NCBI GenBank assembly: GCA_000004695.1
Contig: CM000151.3
Coordinates: 5,536,001 to 5,600,000, forward strand
Reading direction: 5' to 3'
Origin: Dictyostelium discoideum
Lineage: Eukaryota
DNA length: 64,000 nucleotides
Within the stretch, counting starts at the first letter, position 1, and every line of letters starts with the position of its first letter. Position numbers and translations under genes: made by a program. The notes beneath the pieces were generated by a model that ran no database searches, was not told the DNA's origin, and worked only from the letters and a program-made list of their open reading frames with translations. Shown piece after piece: positions 42,557 through 54,466 of the stretch.

Positions 42557-43324
42557 TTATTTTTTTACTTTTTCTAATTCTATTGGTGATAATTCACCAA
42601 TTCTACTTTCTTCATCAAATGAATTACTATTTGAATTTGAATTTTTAGATTTACTTTTCTTTACTTTTTCTTTTGAAGGGATTATATAATGACTAATATC
42701 ACCAATATATAACCAATAAACTATTATTAAAGTACCCAATAATAAAAACAATGGATCAAAAAACCAAAGTATAATAGTCATTGAGAAATAAAATGATCTT
42801 ACACCTACTGTATAATGATTTGAACCATTTAGTAAAGTTTTATAACAATATTCTTTTGTACAATCTTTATAGGTTGGTGCCACATTTAAAAGGAATGCCA
42901 AATGAGTGACATATCGAATTGATGAAGCGAAATTTAAAAATGAAAATAAGAAAACCACTATTAAAATGAATGCTTTGTAAATTAGGATATCATTATTGTG
43001 GGCTCCAATGATCCTAATCTTGTCCAATACAGAAGTTAATGTTTGTGATACCAATATATTAATAATTAATACAACCAATGTTATCGAAGTCGATGCTAAC
43101 AATGTTGATGACATTACCATATTACGTAATGTTTGAACTGCCAAAATATCCTTTTTACCATCTATCATTATATCAACCCATGTCCTTCTAAAATGATGAT
43201 TTCTACCAATAACCGTATTCAATGGATTCCTTTTAACTGTTATCATTAAAAATATATGATAAATAAAATAAACTCCAAATGAAATTGATAAAAATATAAT
43301 ATCAAATATTAATCCTTCTAACAT
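42557..43324 (-). CDS. multi-pass membrane protein (255 aa), possibly DUF599 family
   Basis: Four to five hydrophobic helices, with an N-terminal region containing RNHHFRRTWVD. From memory this resembles the plant/amoeba DUF599 proteins. The ATG is genuine (43322-43324). Confidence 0.55.
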   Translation of the reverse strand: MLEGLIFDIIFLSISFGVYFIYHIFLMITVKRNPLNTVIGRNHHFRRTWVDIMIDGKKDILAVQTLRNMVMSSTLLASTSITLVVLIINILVSQTLTSVLDKIRIIGAHNNDILIYKAFILIVVFLFSFLNFASSIRYVTHLAFLLNVAPTYKDCTKEYCYKTLLNGSNHYTVGVRSFYFSMTIILWFFDPLFLLLGTLIIVYWLYIGDISHYIIPSKEKVKKSKSKNSNSNSNSFDEESRIGELSPIELEKVKK

Positions 43325-44041
43325 TTTATTATTAATATTAATGTATTTTTTTTTTTTTTTTATAATTTACAAATAATTAAATAAATAATTAAATAAATAA
43401 ATAAATAATAATAATTTTAGAAAAAAAAAAAAAAAAAAAATAGTTTTATAAAAAAAAAAAAAAAAATTATTTAAATTGTAATAATTAAAATAAATATTGT
43501 ATAAAAAATAAAAAAAAAAATAAAAATCGATTTTTTATTTTTAAAATGTTTAATAATTGTTTAAAAAAAAAAAAAAAAAAAAAAAATTTTAATTTGTTAA
43601 AATAAAATGAATTATTTATATGTGTGTGGTTTAAGTGTGTTGTATGTTTATTTTTTTATTTTTTTAGGGGAATATCTTGAGTGTGTAGTGGATAAGAATG
43701 AATTGTTGATTTTTTTTTTTTTTTTTGTTTTGTTTTTTTGTTTTTTTTTTTAATTTTCATAGTGTTTCTCCTTTTTATTCAAAGAGATCTGGAATTTTAT
43801 TTTTTATTTTTTTTTTTTTATTTTTTTTTATATTTTTTTTTTTATATTTTTTTTTTTATTTATTTTTTTTTTTATTTTTACAATCAATTTTGTTTTTTTA
43901 ATACAAAAATTTCGTAAAAATTCCCCACACAAGTCCTTTCTTCGTTTTTTTTTTTTAAAAAATTTTTTTTTTTTTTTTATTTTTATTTTTTTTTGGGAAT
44001 TACCGAATAATAAGAATTAATAATCAAAATTAAATTAAAGA

Positions 44042-44165
44042 ATGCCAAAACCATTTATACAAAATAAGAATAAACAAGTTTTAGCAACATTCACTGCTAG
44101 TTATAGAGATAGACATGGTCGTGAAACTGGTGTAAGAGATAAAGTTGTATGTAATCATTACAGTA

Positions 44166-44198
<33 letters not shown>

Positions 44199-45874
44199 AC
44201 AATAATGATAATGATAATAATAATAATATTCAATTACCCCACTCGTTTTTTTTTTTTTTATAATTTCATTGTAAAAATAAATAATTACTAATAATTATCT
44301 ATTTTTTTTTTTTTTTTTTTCTCTCTCCTATTTCCTATTTCTTTAAATATTATTATTAATAATAAATAATAATAATTTAATAAATAGATAAGTGAAGGTG
44401 AAGAAGATTATTCAGGAGAAGATAATTTTTCAGGAGAAGAAGAGTATGAAGAATATGATTCAGATGATTCAGAACATGACGAATATATTCAACAAGAATC
44501 AGCTAAAAAAGAAGTAGATGATTTATCAACAATTGGATTTAAAAAAGATGGTTTCGATTATTCAAAATATATGAGACCAATTGGTGGTGGTGTTTTCATT
44601 CCAGCAATTTGGGATGTAAATGAATTAAAAAATAAAAAGAATGGTATTGTTGAATTAGTTAAAAATAGTGAACCTGCACCATTTATGTTTGGTTTAGAAG
44701 AAATTAGTAAAGATTATAAAAAAGATGGTTAGTATTATTTATTATTATTATTATTGAAAAATAAAAAAATAAAAAAAAAAAAAATAAAAAAAATATTAAT
44801 TCTTAAATAATAATAATAAAAATTATAGTTAAAGATTTAGAAGTTGATGAAGATATTAAAGAAGCATTAGTAGTTGATGATGAAGAAGATGATTTCGAAG
44901 AGTTAGATGATGATTTTATTTTACAAGCAAATGGTGGTACATTAGATGGTTTACAAGATGAAGTTGATGAAACTATTAATAAATTTAATAATTTTAGAAT
45001 AAAGAATAAAGCATATGATTTCATTGATGATGAAGAGGATTATAATGGTGATGGTGAATATTATGAAGGTGAAGATGATGATGATGATTATTATGAAGAT
45101 GATGAAGAATATTATAAAAATTTAAAAAATAAAAGTGGTAATAATAATAATAATAAAGATGATGGTAGAAAAGTTCAAGATGAAGTTTTAGAAGCACAAT
45201 TTGAAATTGCATTAGAACAATATGAGGATGAAGATATTGGTGAATTGGAACCAGAGGAAACATTAGGTACATGTAATGTTAACAATTTTGAAGATGTTTT
45301 CGATGAATTCATAGATGACTATAATAAGAATCATGAACCATTGATGGTACAAATTCAAACATTGAAAAAGAATAATAACTTTATCGCATTAACTGAAAAG
45401 GAGAAAGAAATCATCTTAAAGAGGGATTGGAATAAGGAAGTATTAGTGGAAGTTAGTGACCATGAAAATGAAGAGAACGAAGATGACAAATGGGATTGTG
45501 AAACCATTTTAACAACTTATACCAATTTAGAAAATCATCCAAAATTATTAAGAGAAGAAAAGAAAATTAAATTATCTCGTAAAACTGGTATGCCAATTGG
45601 TGTAATTCCAACCAAACAAAAAGGTGATGATGGCAATAGTGATAACGAGGAAGAGGATGAAGAGGAAGATGAAAAATCAGTTAATCTTGGTGTTTCAAGA
45701 AAGAACGAAACTAAAGAATCTAAAAAATTACGTAAACAACAATTAAAAGATGATCGTAAAAATAAAAGAGAATTAAAGAAAGATTTGAAAGTTGCCTTTA
45801 AAAAAGAAGAAATTAAACAAACTTCAATTATTAAAGATCAAAAAACAAATTCTTCTGTTGCTGTTAGATATTAA
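44042..45874 (+). CDS. LTV1-like ribosome biogenesis factor (pre-40S export/maturation); join(44042..44131,44388..44727,44829..45874)
   Basis: Exon 1 MPKPFIQNKNKQVLATFTASYRDRHGRETG|GTAAGA resembles the LTV1 N-terminus MPKKKFI...F.LVHRSQ. Exon 2 (acceptor aaatag at 44387, donor GTTAGT at 44728) and exon 3 (acceptor tatag at 44828) are phase-consistent (0 and 1). The acidic middle and the basic C-terminus (RKNETKESKKLRKQQLKDDRKNKRELKK) match the LTV1 layout. Confidence 0.55.
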
Positions 45875-45944
45875 AATAAATAAAATAAAATAAAATAAAT
45901 AATAAGATATTAAATCATTTTTAACTATATATTAATATATATTT

Positions 45945-45973
<29 letters not shown>

Positions 45974-45978
<5 letters not shown>

Positions 45979-46872
45979 CTAATTTTGATTGAATTTTAAT
46001 TTTATCTAAAATTTTTTCAAAATCTTTAAAATTTGATAAGATTTCATCTGGTTTTGTTTTACAAGTTTCAGGGAATTCACTCATTTCAGAGAGAATTGGT
46101 CTAAGGTCAGGTAATTTAGTGGAGTATTGAGCACCAAATTCTTGAAGGATTTCCAAGAGAAAGGTTTTAACTTGATCTTCTTTATCTGCATGTTCATAAA
46201 ATACACTAACGGTAACTTTGGTTTTATCATCCTTTTCACAACTTAATCTGATTGGTGGTGCTGTTGCAGTTGGTTTTATTCTTTTCGCTGTACTTGATGA
46301 ACCTGTTGTCGATGGTGTTCTACTATGAAATGAATGTCTAATATTACTTGTAACAGTTGTTGGTGTACCTACTATACTACCACCTGATGTACTTAATGGT
46401 GATACTGATGATTGATTGTTATTATTGTTATTATTATTATTCGATGATGTTGGTGATGTTGTTGTTGATGATGAATTTGATGATCCATTATCTTTCGTTA
46501 TATTATTATTTCCAATACTTCCGCTCATATTATCTTTATCCTTATCTTTATTATTATTATTATTTACATTGTTTAAAGTATTATTATAGAAATTATTTGA
46601 TTGGGTGGTTGGTGCTTCAAATAATACACCTTTAACTTCACCAGTGTCACCAACTTCATTTGATAATTTATGAAATGTAAGTACTAATTTACAAATACCT
46701 TCTGCAATTGATGTACCACTCCATTTCCATATCTTTTCATAAAAACAAATACCAGTTACACTATCGCACACATTTAATCTAAGTAGTGACTATATATTTT
46801 TTTTTTTTATTTATTTTATTAATATTAAATAAATTCTTTTTTTTTTTTTTTAAAAAATATTATTATAATCAA
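45974..46872 (-). CDS. hypothetical protein; complement(join(45974..46789,46870..46872)), first exon is the bare ATG
   Basis: The track ORF starts on GTG. The frame is open to a tatatag acceptor at 46790. 77 nt upstream lies ATG|GTATGT (46872-46864), a typical Dictyostelium ATG-only mini exon. The spliced N-terminus is MSLLRLNVCDSVTGICFYEKIWKW.... Two compact domains are separated by an N/S/T-rich linker. No family was recognised. Confidence 0.5.
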
Positions 46873-46932
46873 TACATACCATATCGTCTTTTTTTTTTTT
46901 TTTTTTTTTTTTACATATAATACAAAACTAAT

Positions 46933-46971
<39 letters not shown>

Positions 46972-47020
46972 AAAATTTCAAAAAAAAAAAAATTGTTTTG
47001 GGTTCGCACAATTTATATTA

Positions 47021-47079
<59 letters not shown>

Positions 47080-47525
47080 AAACAAAGAAAAATTAAAAAA
47101 ATATTAAAAACAAAAAAAAATAAATATCGTTATGAAAGAAAAAAGTTAAAAAAAAAAAATAAATAAATAAATAAAAAAAATAAAAAAAAAAATTAAGTTC
47201 TTTATGTCGGGTGGCCATAACCAACATTTGTTGAATTTTTTATTTTTTTATTTTTTTTTTTTTTTTTTTTATTTTTTTTTTTTTTTTTTTTTTTTTAAAA
47301 TTAAGCTTTTTAATTTTTTTTTTTTTTTTGTTTTATTTTTTTAATTTTAAAATTCTATATTATTATTTTTTTTTTTTTTTTTATCATAGTGTCTGTTTTT
47401 ATTTTTCATTTTTTATTTATTTTTATTATATAATTTAATTTTTGTTTTATTATAAAGTATTATTACAATTTTTTCTTTTTCCACATTTTCAATAATAAAA
47501 AAAAAAGTGCAAAAATAAACAAATA

Positions 47526-48443
47526 ATGAGCAAAGAAGATAAAATAACTCAACAATGTATTCAAAGATTGGAAGAATTATTAAAATTGGAAGAAAATAGA
47601 TATTGTGCTGATTGCAGTTCAAAGAGTAAGTTTTTTTTTTTTTTTTTTTTTTAATTAAATTTAAATTAAAATAAAATTTAAATCATATCATTTTTTTTTT
47701 TTTTTTTTTTTAAATTTATATAAATCATATTAAAATACACACCCATTTATTTATTATTATTGTTATTATTATTGTTTTTTAATTTTATTATTATTTACTA
47801 ACAAATGAAATTTAATTGGAAATAATAAATTTAAAAAAAAGATCCAAGATGGTGTTCAACCAATTTAGGTATTTTTGTTTGTATAAAATGTTCAGGTATT
47901 CATAGATCATTAGGTGTCCATATCTCAAAGGTTAGAAGTGTTACACTTGATAAATGGAATTTTGAATTATTACAACAAATGGTTGATGGAGGTAACAAAA
48001 AAGTGAATCAAATCTATGAAGAGTTCATGCCAGCTCACTATAGAAAACCAGATCCAAACACTGATACACAGTAAGTATAGAATAGGATTTTATTCATCAA
48101 AAAAAAATTGAATAAACTTTATTAATAATATTGTTATTATTATTGTCTCTTTTTTATTCTAGCACTTTAGAACAATTCATTAGAAGTAAATATGAAAGAA
48201 AAGAATTTATGAGAAGAGATATTAGTTCTCGTACTGGAAATAATAATAATAATAATAATAATAATCATCACCAACAACACCAACAACAACAACCAAGACG
48301 TGAAAACTATGGTGGTAATAGTGGAGGTGGTTTCTCTTCAACAAATAATGTAGAATTACGTTCATACTCACAAAATAATAATAATAGCAATGGCTATAAC
48401 AATAACAATAATAACAATAACTACAACAACAACAATAACAACA

Positions 48444-48476
<33 letters not shown>

Positions 48477-49615
48477 GAGGATATTCAACTACTAACCCAA
48501 GTAATCAATCACATGGATTTGTTAGACCATCAATAGCAAATGGTTTTGCAACAACTGAATTTAATAATCATAACAATAACAATAACAATAGTAATAATAA
48601 TAATAATAATAATAATTTCAATAATAACATAAAACCACCAACACCAGTTCAAACAAAGAGTAATGTATCATTAATTGATGACCAATGGAATAGCGCACCA
48701 CAAGGTAAGAAATCATTAATCGATGATGATTTCAATGGTCCATCTGTTGCACCACAACAACAACCACATAGTACCTTTGATCCATTTGTTGGTTCAAAAG
48801 TAAGCAGCAATGGTGCTAACAATAACAATATCAATATGAACAACAATATGAACAACAATATGAACAACAATATGAATAATAATATGAACAACAATAATAT
48901 GAATAAACAACCATTTAATAATAATGGATTCCCTACACCACCAACTGGTATGAATAGTATGATGGGAGGTAACAATAATAACAATTTCAATATGATGAAT
49001 AATGGTGGTGGTATGATGCCAATGAATAATGGTATGATGAACAATGGTGGCATGATGAATAATGGTGGTGGTGGTATGATGCCAATGAATAATGGCGGTA
49101 TGATGCCAATGAATAATGGTGGTATGATGAACAATGGTGGTATGTTGAATAATGGTGTTATGATGAACAATGGTGGTATGATGCCAATGAATAATGGAGG
49201 TATGATGGGAGGATTTGGTGGTATGATGCCAATGAATAATGGTGGTATGATGGGTGGTGCTAACAATATGGGTGGCATGAATTTAGGAATGAATGCTATG
49301 TCTCCAATGGGTGGTGCTCCAATGAATAACAATATGGGCGCTATGAATTTAGGAATGAATGCTATGTCTCCAATGGGTGGTGCTCCAATGAGGTCACCAG
49401 CAGCTGCTGGAAATAACTCTTTCAATATTACTCCAACTTCTGCTACTCCAACTCCACCACAACCATCTCAATTCTCTTCTTTGGATTCTTTAATGTTTAC
49501 TTCATCCCCATCTCAACCAAAACAATCACAACCATCTCAATCATTTGGTAACAATTTCCCAATCACTGCAAATAATTCAAATAACAACAATAATGTTAAT
49601 AGCTTATTCTTTTAA
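47526..49615 (+). CDS. ArfGAP-domain protein with a long N/G/M-rich low-complexity C-terminus; join(47526..47625,47842..48070,48163..49615)
   Basis: The spliced product reads ...RYCADCSSK|NPRWCSTNLGIFVCIKCSGIHRSLGVHISKVRSVTLDKWNFELLQQMVDGGNKKVNQIYEEF..., the canonical ArfGAP C4 zinc finger. Donors are GTAAGT (47626) and GTAAGT (48071). Acceptors are aaaaag (47841) and ttctag (48162). Phases are 1 and 2. The (GGMMPMNN)n-like repeats are in the tail. Confidence 0.8.
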
Positions 49616-49796
49616 TAAAATATTACAATAATAATAATAAAAATACAAAAAAAAGAAAAAAATGAAAAAAAAGAAAAAAAAAAAAAGAAATGAAATAAAA
49701 AAAAAATATTTATAAAATGAAAATTAAAAAAAATAAATAAAAATATATAGTATTTTCAATTTGTTGTTTTATTTCTTTTATTTAATATTTAAAATT

Positions 49797-51674
49797 TTAA
49801 AATATTTTCAAACGATCAGGGGAACATTGGTCTTCAAAATATTTGGAAATAAAAGTGTAACTATGTCTTGATATTTGATAACAACAATAATGTGGAGGAC
49901 AATCAATATTTTCATAACAAACTGCCATTGGTCTTGGTGGTAAAGTTGAGCCAGTTGTTGTGGTACTTGATGTTGCTCCAATTGTAGATGAATAGATAGT
50001 TGATAATTCAGTGGTATGGCTTACGGTTGTTAGGTCAGTTGTGGTTGTTGGAATAAATGTTGTTGAAGTAGTAGATGGTGATGTTGTTGGCATTGTTGTG
50101 GTTGTTGACATTGTTGAAATTGTTGTTGGTGAAAATGTTGAAATTGTTGTTGGATTGAGTGTTGTTGATGTAGTTGCAGAAGTTGTAGTTGTTGGTAATG
50201 AAGTTATTGTTGAAGTTGTTGGAATTGATGTAGTTGTGGCCTCACTTGTTATAATAGAGGTGGTTGTAGTTGTAGTTATTTCTACACATAGACATCCACC
50301 ACCTTCACAATATGGATATAGACAGTCATCAGTTACTGGACACTCTACAAAATTCGTTGTAGAGTGTTCAGAATTTTCATCACATTGTTTTGGGAAACAT
50401 AAATCAGTAGTGTTACAATTACTTTCATCACATCTACAACCGGCAATATAAGCGTGTTCACAACAAGTTCCTTCTGTACAATAATCAAGTGTACATGCAT
50501 CACCATCACCACAATCTCTATCTGCTACTACACAGGTACCACATAAAGTTCTCTTTTGAGAACAACTTGTTAGATCATCAAAACATTGATTTCTACAAAT
50601 ACCATCACTAAATTAAATAAAAAATAAAAATTAATATTTTTTTATAACAATAATTAAAAAAAAAAAAAAAAAAAAAAAATAATACACACTTCACAAAATC
50701 CACATTCATCAACATAACTACAAAATATTCCCATATTATTAGTTATATTGCAAGAAAGAATTCTCTATGGTCAACATTATCCATATGTTGATAACCGAAA
50801 ATATTAGCAGTATGAGTATGATTAAGATAATCATTTCAAAAAATAAGGTGTTCACCATATGGATTTTCGCTGAAACCAATACCTCCTTTGTCAATCACTA
50901 ATTGATTATCAATGAATGCCCAAATCTCACCAGGTGAATCAATTGTTAAAAAAGCGAATATAGGTAATCTACTAATTGGAATTGGTCCATTAAATCTAAA
51001 TGAAAAATGGGGTTCAAAACAAAATAAACCTTGATCAATATCGTTATCATAATTAAATAATGTTTGGTTATTAAAACCAATATCAGAGTATGAAAATGGA
51101 TATGAACTAATTTCTCCAAAATTACAATCTGGACATTCTATAAAATATTCAAATGGAAAATCAACTCTATAGGATGGACATTGAGAGTCATCAACAACGC
51201 CATATGGAGCATCGGCAAACCATTGACTAACTGAATTTTCTCCATGCACAACAATTACATTTGGATCATTAGTTGATTCAACTTCACTATCACCCTAAAA
51301 TTTAGATAAATAAATAAAAAATTAGTATTTTCTTTCAATTCATTTAAAAAATAGATACATACACAACAAAAACCTGGATTTGAAATTGTATCTGAATAAT
51401 TTTTAAAAATTTCTGGTAATATCTTCGTCTAAACTGGAAAGATCCAATCCAAAATCTAAATTTCTATCTGGTTTAAATTGCCATGTCTTAAATATCATCT
51501 GAGGTATTTCTAATGATAATGATGATAATGATGATAATGAGAAAATCATATTTAATATTTTAAAAGATATTAAATTTAAAAAAAAAAAAAAATAAAAAAA
51601 AAAAAAAACATACCTTGCCCATTGACAAAATATACAAAATTAAGTATTGATAATAATAGTATTATCGTTTTCAT
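49797..51674 (-). CDS. secreted PA14-domain / Cys-rich / Thr-rich mucin-like protein, multi-exon, structure only partly resolved
   Basis: Exon 1 is at 51614..51674: MKTIILLLSILNFVYFVNGQ (signal peptide) + GTATGT. The PA14-like exon lies within 50839..51294 (DSQCPSYRVDFPFEYF...GEIWAFIDNQLVIDKGGIGFSENPYGEH). The last exon 49797..50607 starts at a tttag acceptor at 50608. It encodes a Cys-rich module (DGICRNQCFDDLTSCSQKRTLCGTCVVADRDCGDGDACTLDYCTEGTCCEH...), then a ~120-aa Thr/Ser-rich mucin stretch and a C-terminal Cys knot. A candidate 30-nt mini exon at 50688..50717 (YVDECGFCEV) may link the two. The phase between exon 1 and the PA14 exon is unresolved. An in-frame TGA lies at 50836-50838. Confidence 0.5.
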
Positions 51675-52036
51675 TTTTGAAATCCTTAATTCTCAATGAG
51701 TATTAAATTTTTTGATTCTTTTTTAATTTATTAATTTATTAATTTATTTTTTTATTTTTTTATTTTTTTATTTTTTTATTTTAATTTTTTTATTATTTTT
51801 TATTATTTTTTATTATTTTTTTGTGTGTATAAATAAAAAGTGGGTCATTTTACAATTTTGTTTTTATAAACTTTTAATAGTGTGTTATTATTTAAACTCA
51901 CACCCACTTATTAGTATTTTTTGATTTTTTTTATTTATTTGGACAAAAACTAAATCTATTATTAGAAAAAAAAAAAAGAATGATATATTTATTTTAAATT
52001 AATTAAAAAAACAAATATATATATTTTATTAATTTT

Positions 52037-52891
52037 TTATTGAGTTAAATTTTCACGACATGGGCAACAACCAAAGGGTTTTTCACCTGGTTTACAATAT
52101 TTAATATCCATTGTGCACATAGCTTTAGAACAATCTGGAACTTTGGTTTCTTGAGGTGTGCAAGGACAACAACCAGTTGGAAGTTCACCATTTTTACAAT
52201 ATCTAATGTCCATTGTACACATTACATCAGAACAATCTGGTTTTTTAGTTGGTTGAGGTGTACATGGACAACAACCAGTTGGAAGTTCACCTTCTTTACA
52301 GTATTTCAAAATCTTTGGACATGGAACTCTTGAACAATCTGGTTTTTTAGTTGGTTGAGGTGTACATGGACAACAACCAGTTGGAAGTTCACCTTCTTGG
52401 CAATATTTTAAAATCTTTGGACATGGAACTTTTGAACAATCTGGTTTTTTAGTTGGTTGAGGTGTACATGGACAACAACCAGTTGGAACTTCACCATCTT
52501 TACAATATTTGATTTGAAGAGTACATGCGACACCTGTACATGGTTCACAACGACCACAACAAGAATCGGTCATGTTTAATCTATAATATGGTTTACATAC
52601 TGGTCTAGCACATTTAACAAGGGAGCAATCTGGTTTGGTTGGTGGGAGAGTACATGGACAACAACCGGTTGGAACTTCACCATCTTGACAATATTTGACT
52701 TGAAGAGTACATGCAACATCGGTACAAGGTTCACAACGACCACAACAAGAATCGGTCATGTTTAATCTATAATGAGGTTTACATATTGGTTGGGCACATC
52801 TAACGAGGGAGCAATCAACATTAACTTCACTTTTAACTGATAGTACCAAACAACTTGATAGAATTAATAATAGTATTAGTTTATTTAACAT
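52037..52891 (-). CDS. secreted cysteine-rich tandem-repeat protein (284 aa) with a signal peptide and ~7 copies of a ~33-aa PDCSxVxC...YCxxGE(L/V)PTGCCPCTPQPTKK module
   Basis: The signal peptide is MLNKLILLLILSSCLVLSVKS. The repeats are nearly identical at the DNA level (~99-bp unit, 52130-52560). The ATG is genuine (52889-52891). Confidence 0.7.
   Translation of the reverse strand: MLNKLILLLILSSCLVLSVKSEVNVDCSLVRCAQPICKPHYRLNMTDSCCGRCEPCTDVACTLQVKYCQDGEVPTGCCPCTLPPTKPDCSLVKCARPVCKPYYRLNMTDSCCGRCEPCTGVACTLQIKYCKDGEVPTGCCPCTPQPTKKPDCSKVPCPKILKYCQEGELPTGCCPCTPQPTKKPDCSRVPCPKILKYCKEGELPTGCCPCTPQPTKKPDCSDVMCTMDIRYCKNGELPTGCCPCTPQETKVPDCSKAMCTMDIKYCKPGEKPFGCCPCRENLTQ
52130..52560. repeat. ~99-bp coding tandem repeat array (4-5 near-identical units) inside the Cys-rich secreted protein gene
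   Basis: The block ggacaacaaccagttggaagttcacc...ggttgaggtgtacatggacaacaacc recurs with >90% identity. Confidence 0.7.
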
Positions 52892-54466
52892 TTTTGTGCT
52901 TTTCTAAAATTTTAATAATGAAAAAAAAATAACAAAAAAAATATGTCCTATTTATATTAGTATTTTTTTTTAATAATGAAAAAAAAAAAAAAAAAAATTT
53001 AATTGAAAATAATTCAATTAAATAAAAAAAACCAAATTTCCTTTTTTATAATTAAATAACAATAATAACAATTTAATTTATCCAAATCATTATAAAAATA
53101 AAAAAAATAATAATATAAAAAAATAAAATCTTCCAACACTCCCCCATTATAATAAAAATGATTTTTTTTGTTTTTTTTTTATTTATTTTTTTTTTGTAAA
53201 TTTTTTTAATTAGATCTAGTGAATCGGAATTAATAAAAACCAACGTTCTATTTGTTGAAATTAAAAAAAAATAATATTTTCATATACATACAAAATATTC
53301 TAATTTAAAAAATAAATAATAAAAAGATAGTGAAAAAAAAAAAAAAAAAAAAATTTAATTTAAATAAAAAAAAAAAAAAAAAAAAAGTTGCACTGGTGTT
53401 AATTTGAATAAAAAAAAAAAAAAACACAAAATAAAACAATTACACAAGTATTATTCAAATAAAATCTCAAAAAATAAATGGTTAACAGAATTATAGATTA
53501 TTTAATGGAAAAAAAAAAAAATCTCAAATGAAATAACATTTTTATTTTTTAATTTTGGTTACACACAAGAAGAAAACATAATTTAAGGAGAGGTATTTGA
53601 AATTTATTTCTGTATTTTATCCACCCTTATATAAAAAAACTCGGTTACTAACAAAAATAAGTCTGTTACCATTAGAGTTAACAACTAATGAAAATTTTTA
53701 AAATAAATAATTCATTTAGTTATATTTTTTTTTTTTTGAAATATCATCGAGTTTCTGTTCAAATATATGATGGTTTTTGGTAATGAAATAACACAATCGA
53801 AATAAAAAAAAAATAAAAAAAAAAATAATTTAAATAATACCCATTATTTCAGTATTTATTGGTAAATATTTAATATCAAATTTTAAATTAACATATTTAG
53901 ATCCAATATTTACAGTTATTCCAACTATCCAAAATAATTAAGATGGAATTTAAATAGTAATTGGTGGGATTAGTTTATCAGATATTGTAAATGCAACTTT
54001 AACACTATCTTCAAATAATAAAAAAAATAATAATACTATAATACCTCTAAAATGTAATTTTCAATGTAGTCTATCACCAAATCAAACATTAGTTTATTAT
54101 AATAATCCGAAATTAAGTTCAAATGAAAGTGAAATTACAAATGATACCGATCGTTTATCATGTCATTCAAATTCAAACATCAAGAATATTATACCTTCAA
54201 TTTGACCCAACATTATATCATTATGGTGTTAAATTGGATATTGGTCACCATCATCATCATATAGTGTGGTAAGTAAATCATCTAAATTATTAAGTAATAC
54301 AATTGCAGGTATTACAATTAGTTGTATAATTGATGTTGGTTCTCTTGTTGCTTTATTTTAAATTAATAAAAATAATAATAATAATAATAATAATATTCTT
54401 AGAATTCTTTTTGTTTTTTATTTAATGTTTCTAATAAAAAAAAAATAAAAAAAATATATTTTATAT

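Noticed and set aside
48222-49425. Minus-strand ORFs opposite the ArfGAP gene
   Set aside because: They are antisense or alternative-frame readings of the N/G/M-rich repeats. The ArfGAP frame has the diagnostic zinc finger and consistent splicing.
50011-50451. Plus-strand poly-V ORF
   Set aside because: It is the antisense of the Thr-rich mucin region of the PA14/mucin gene.
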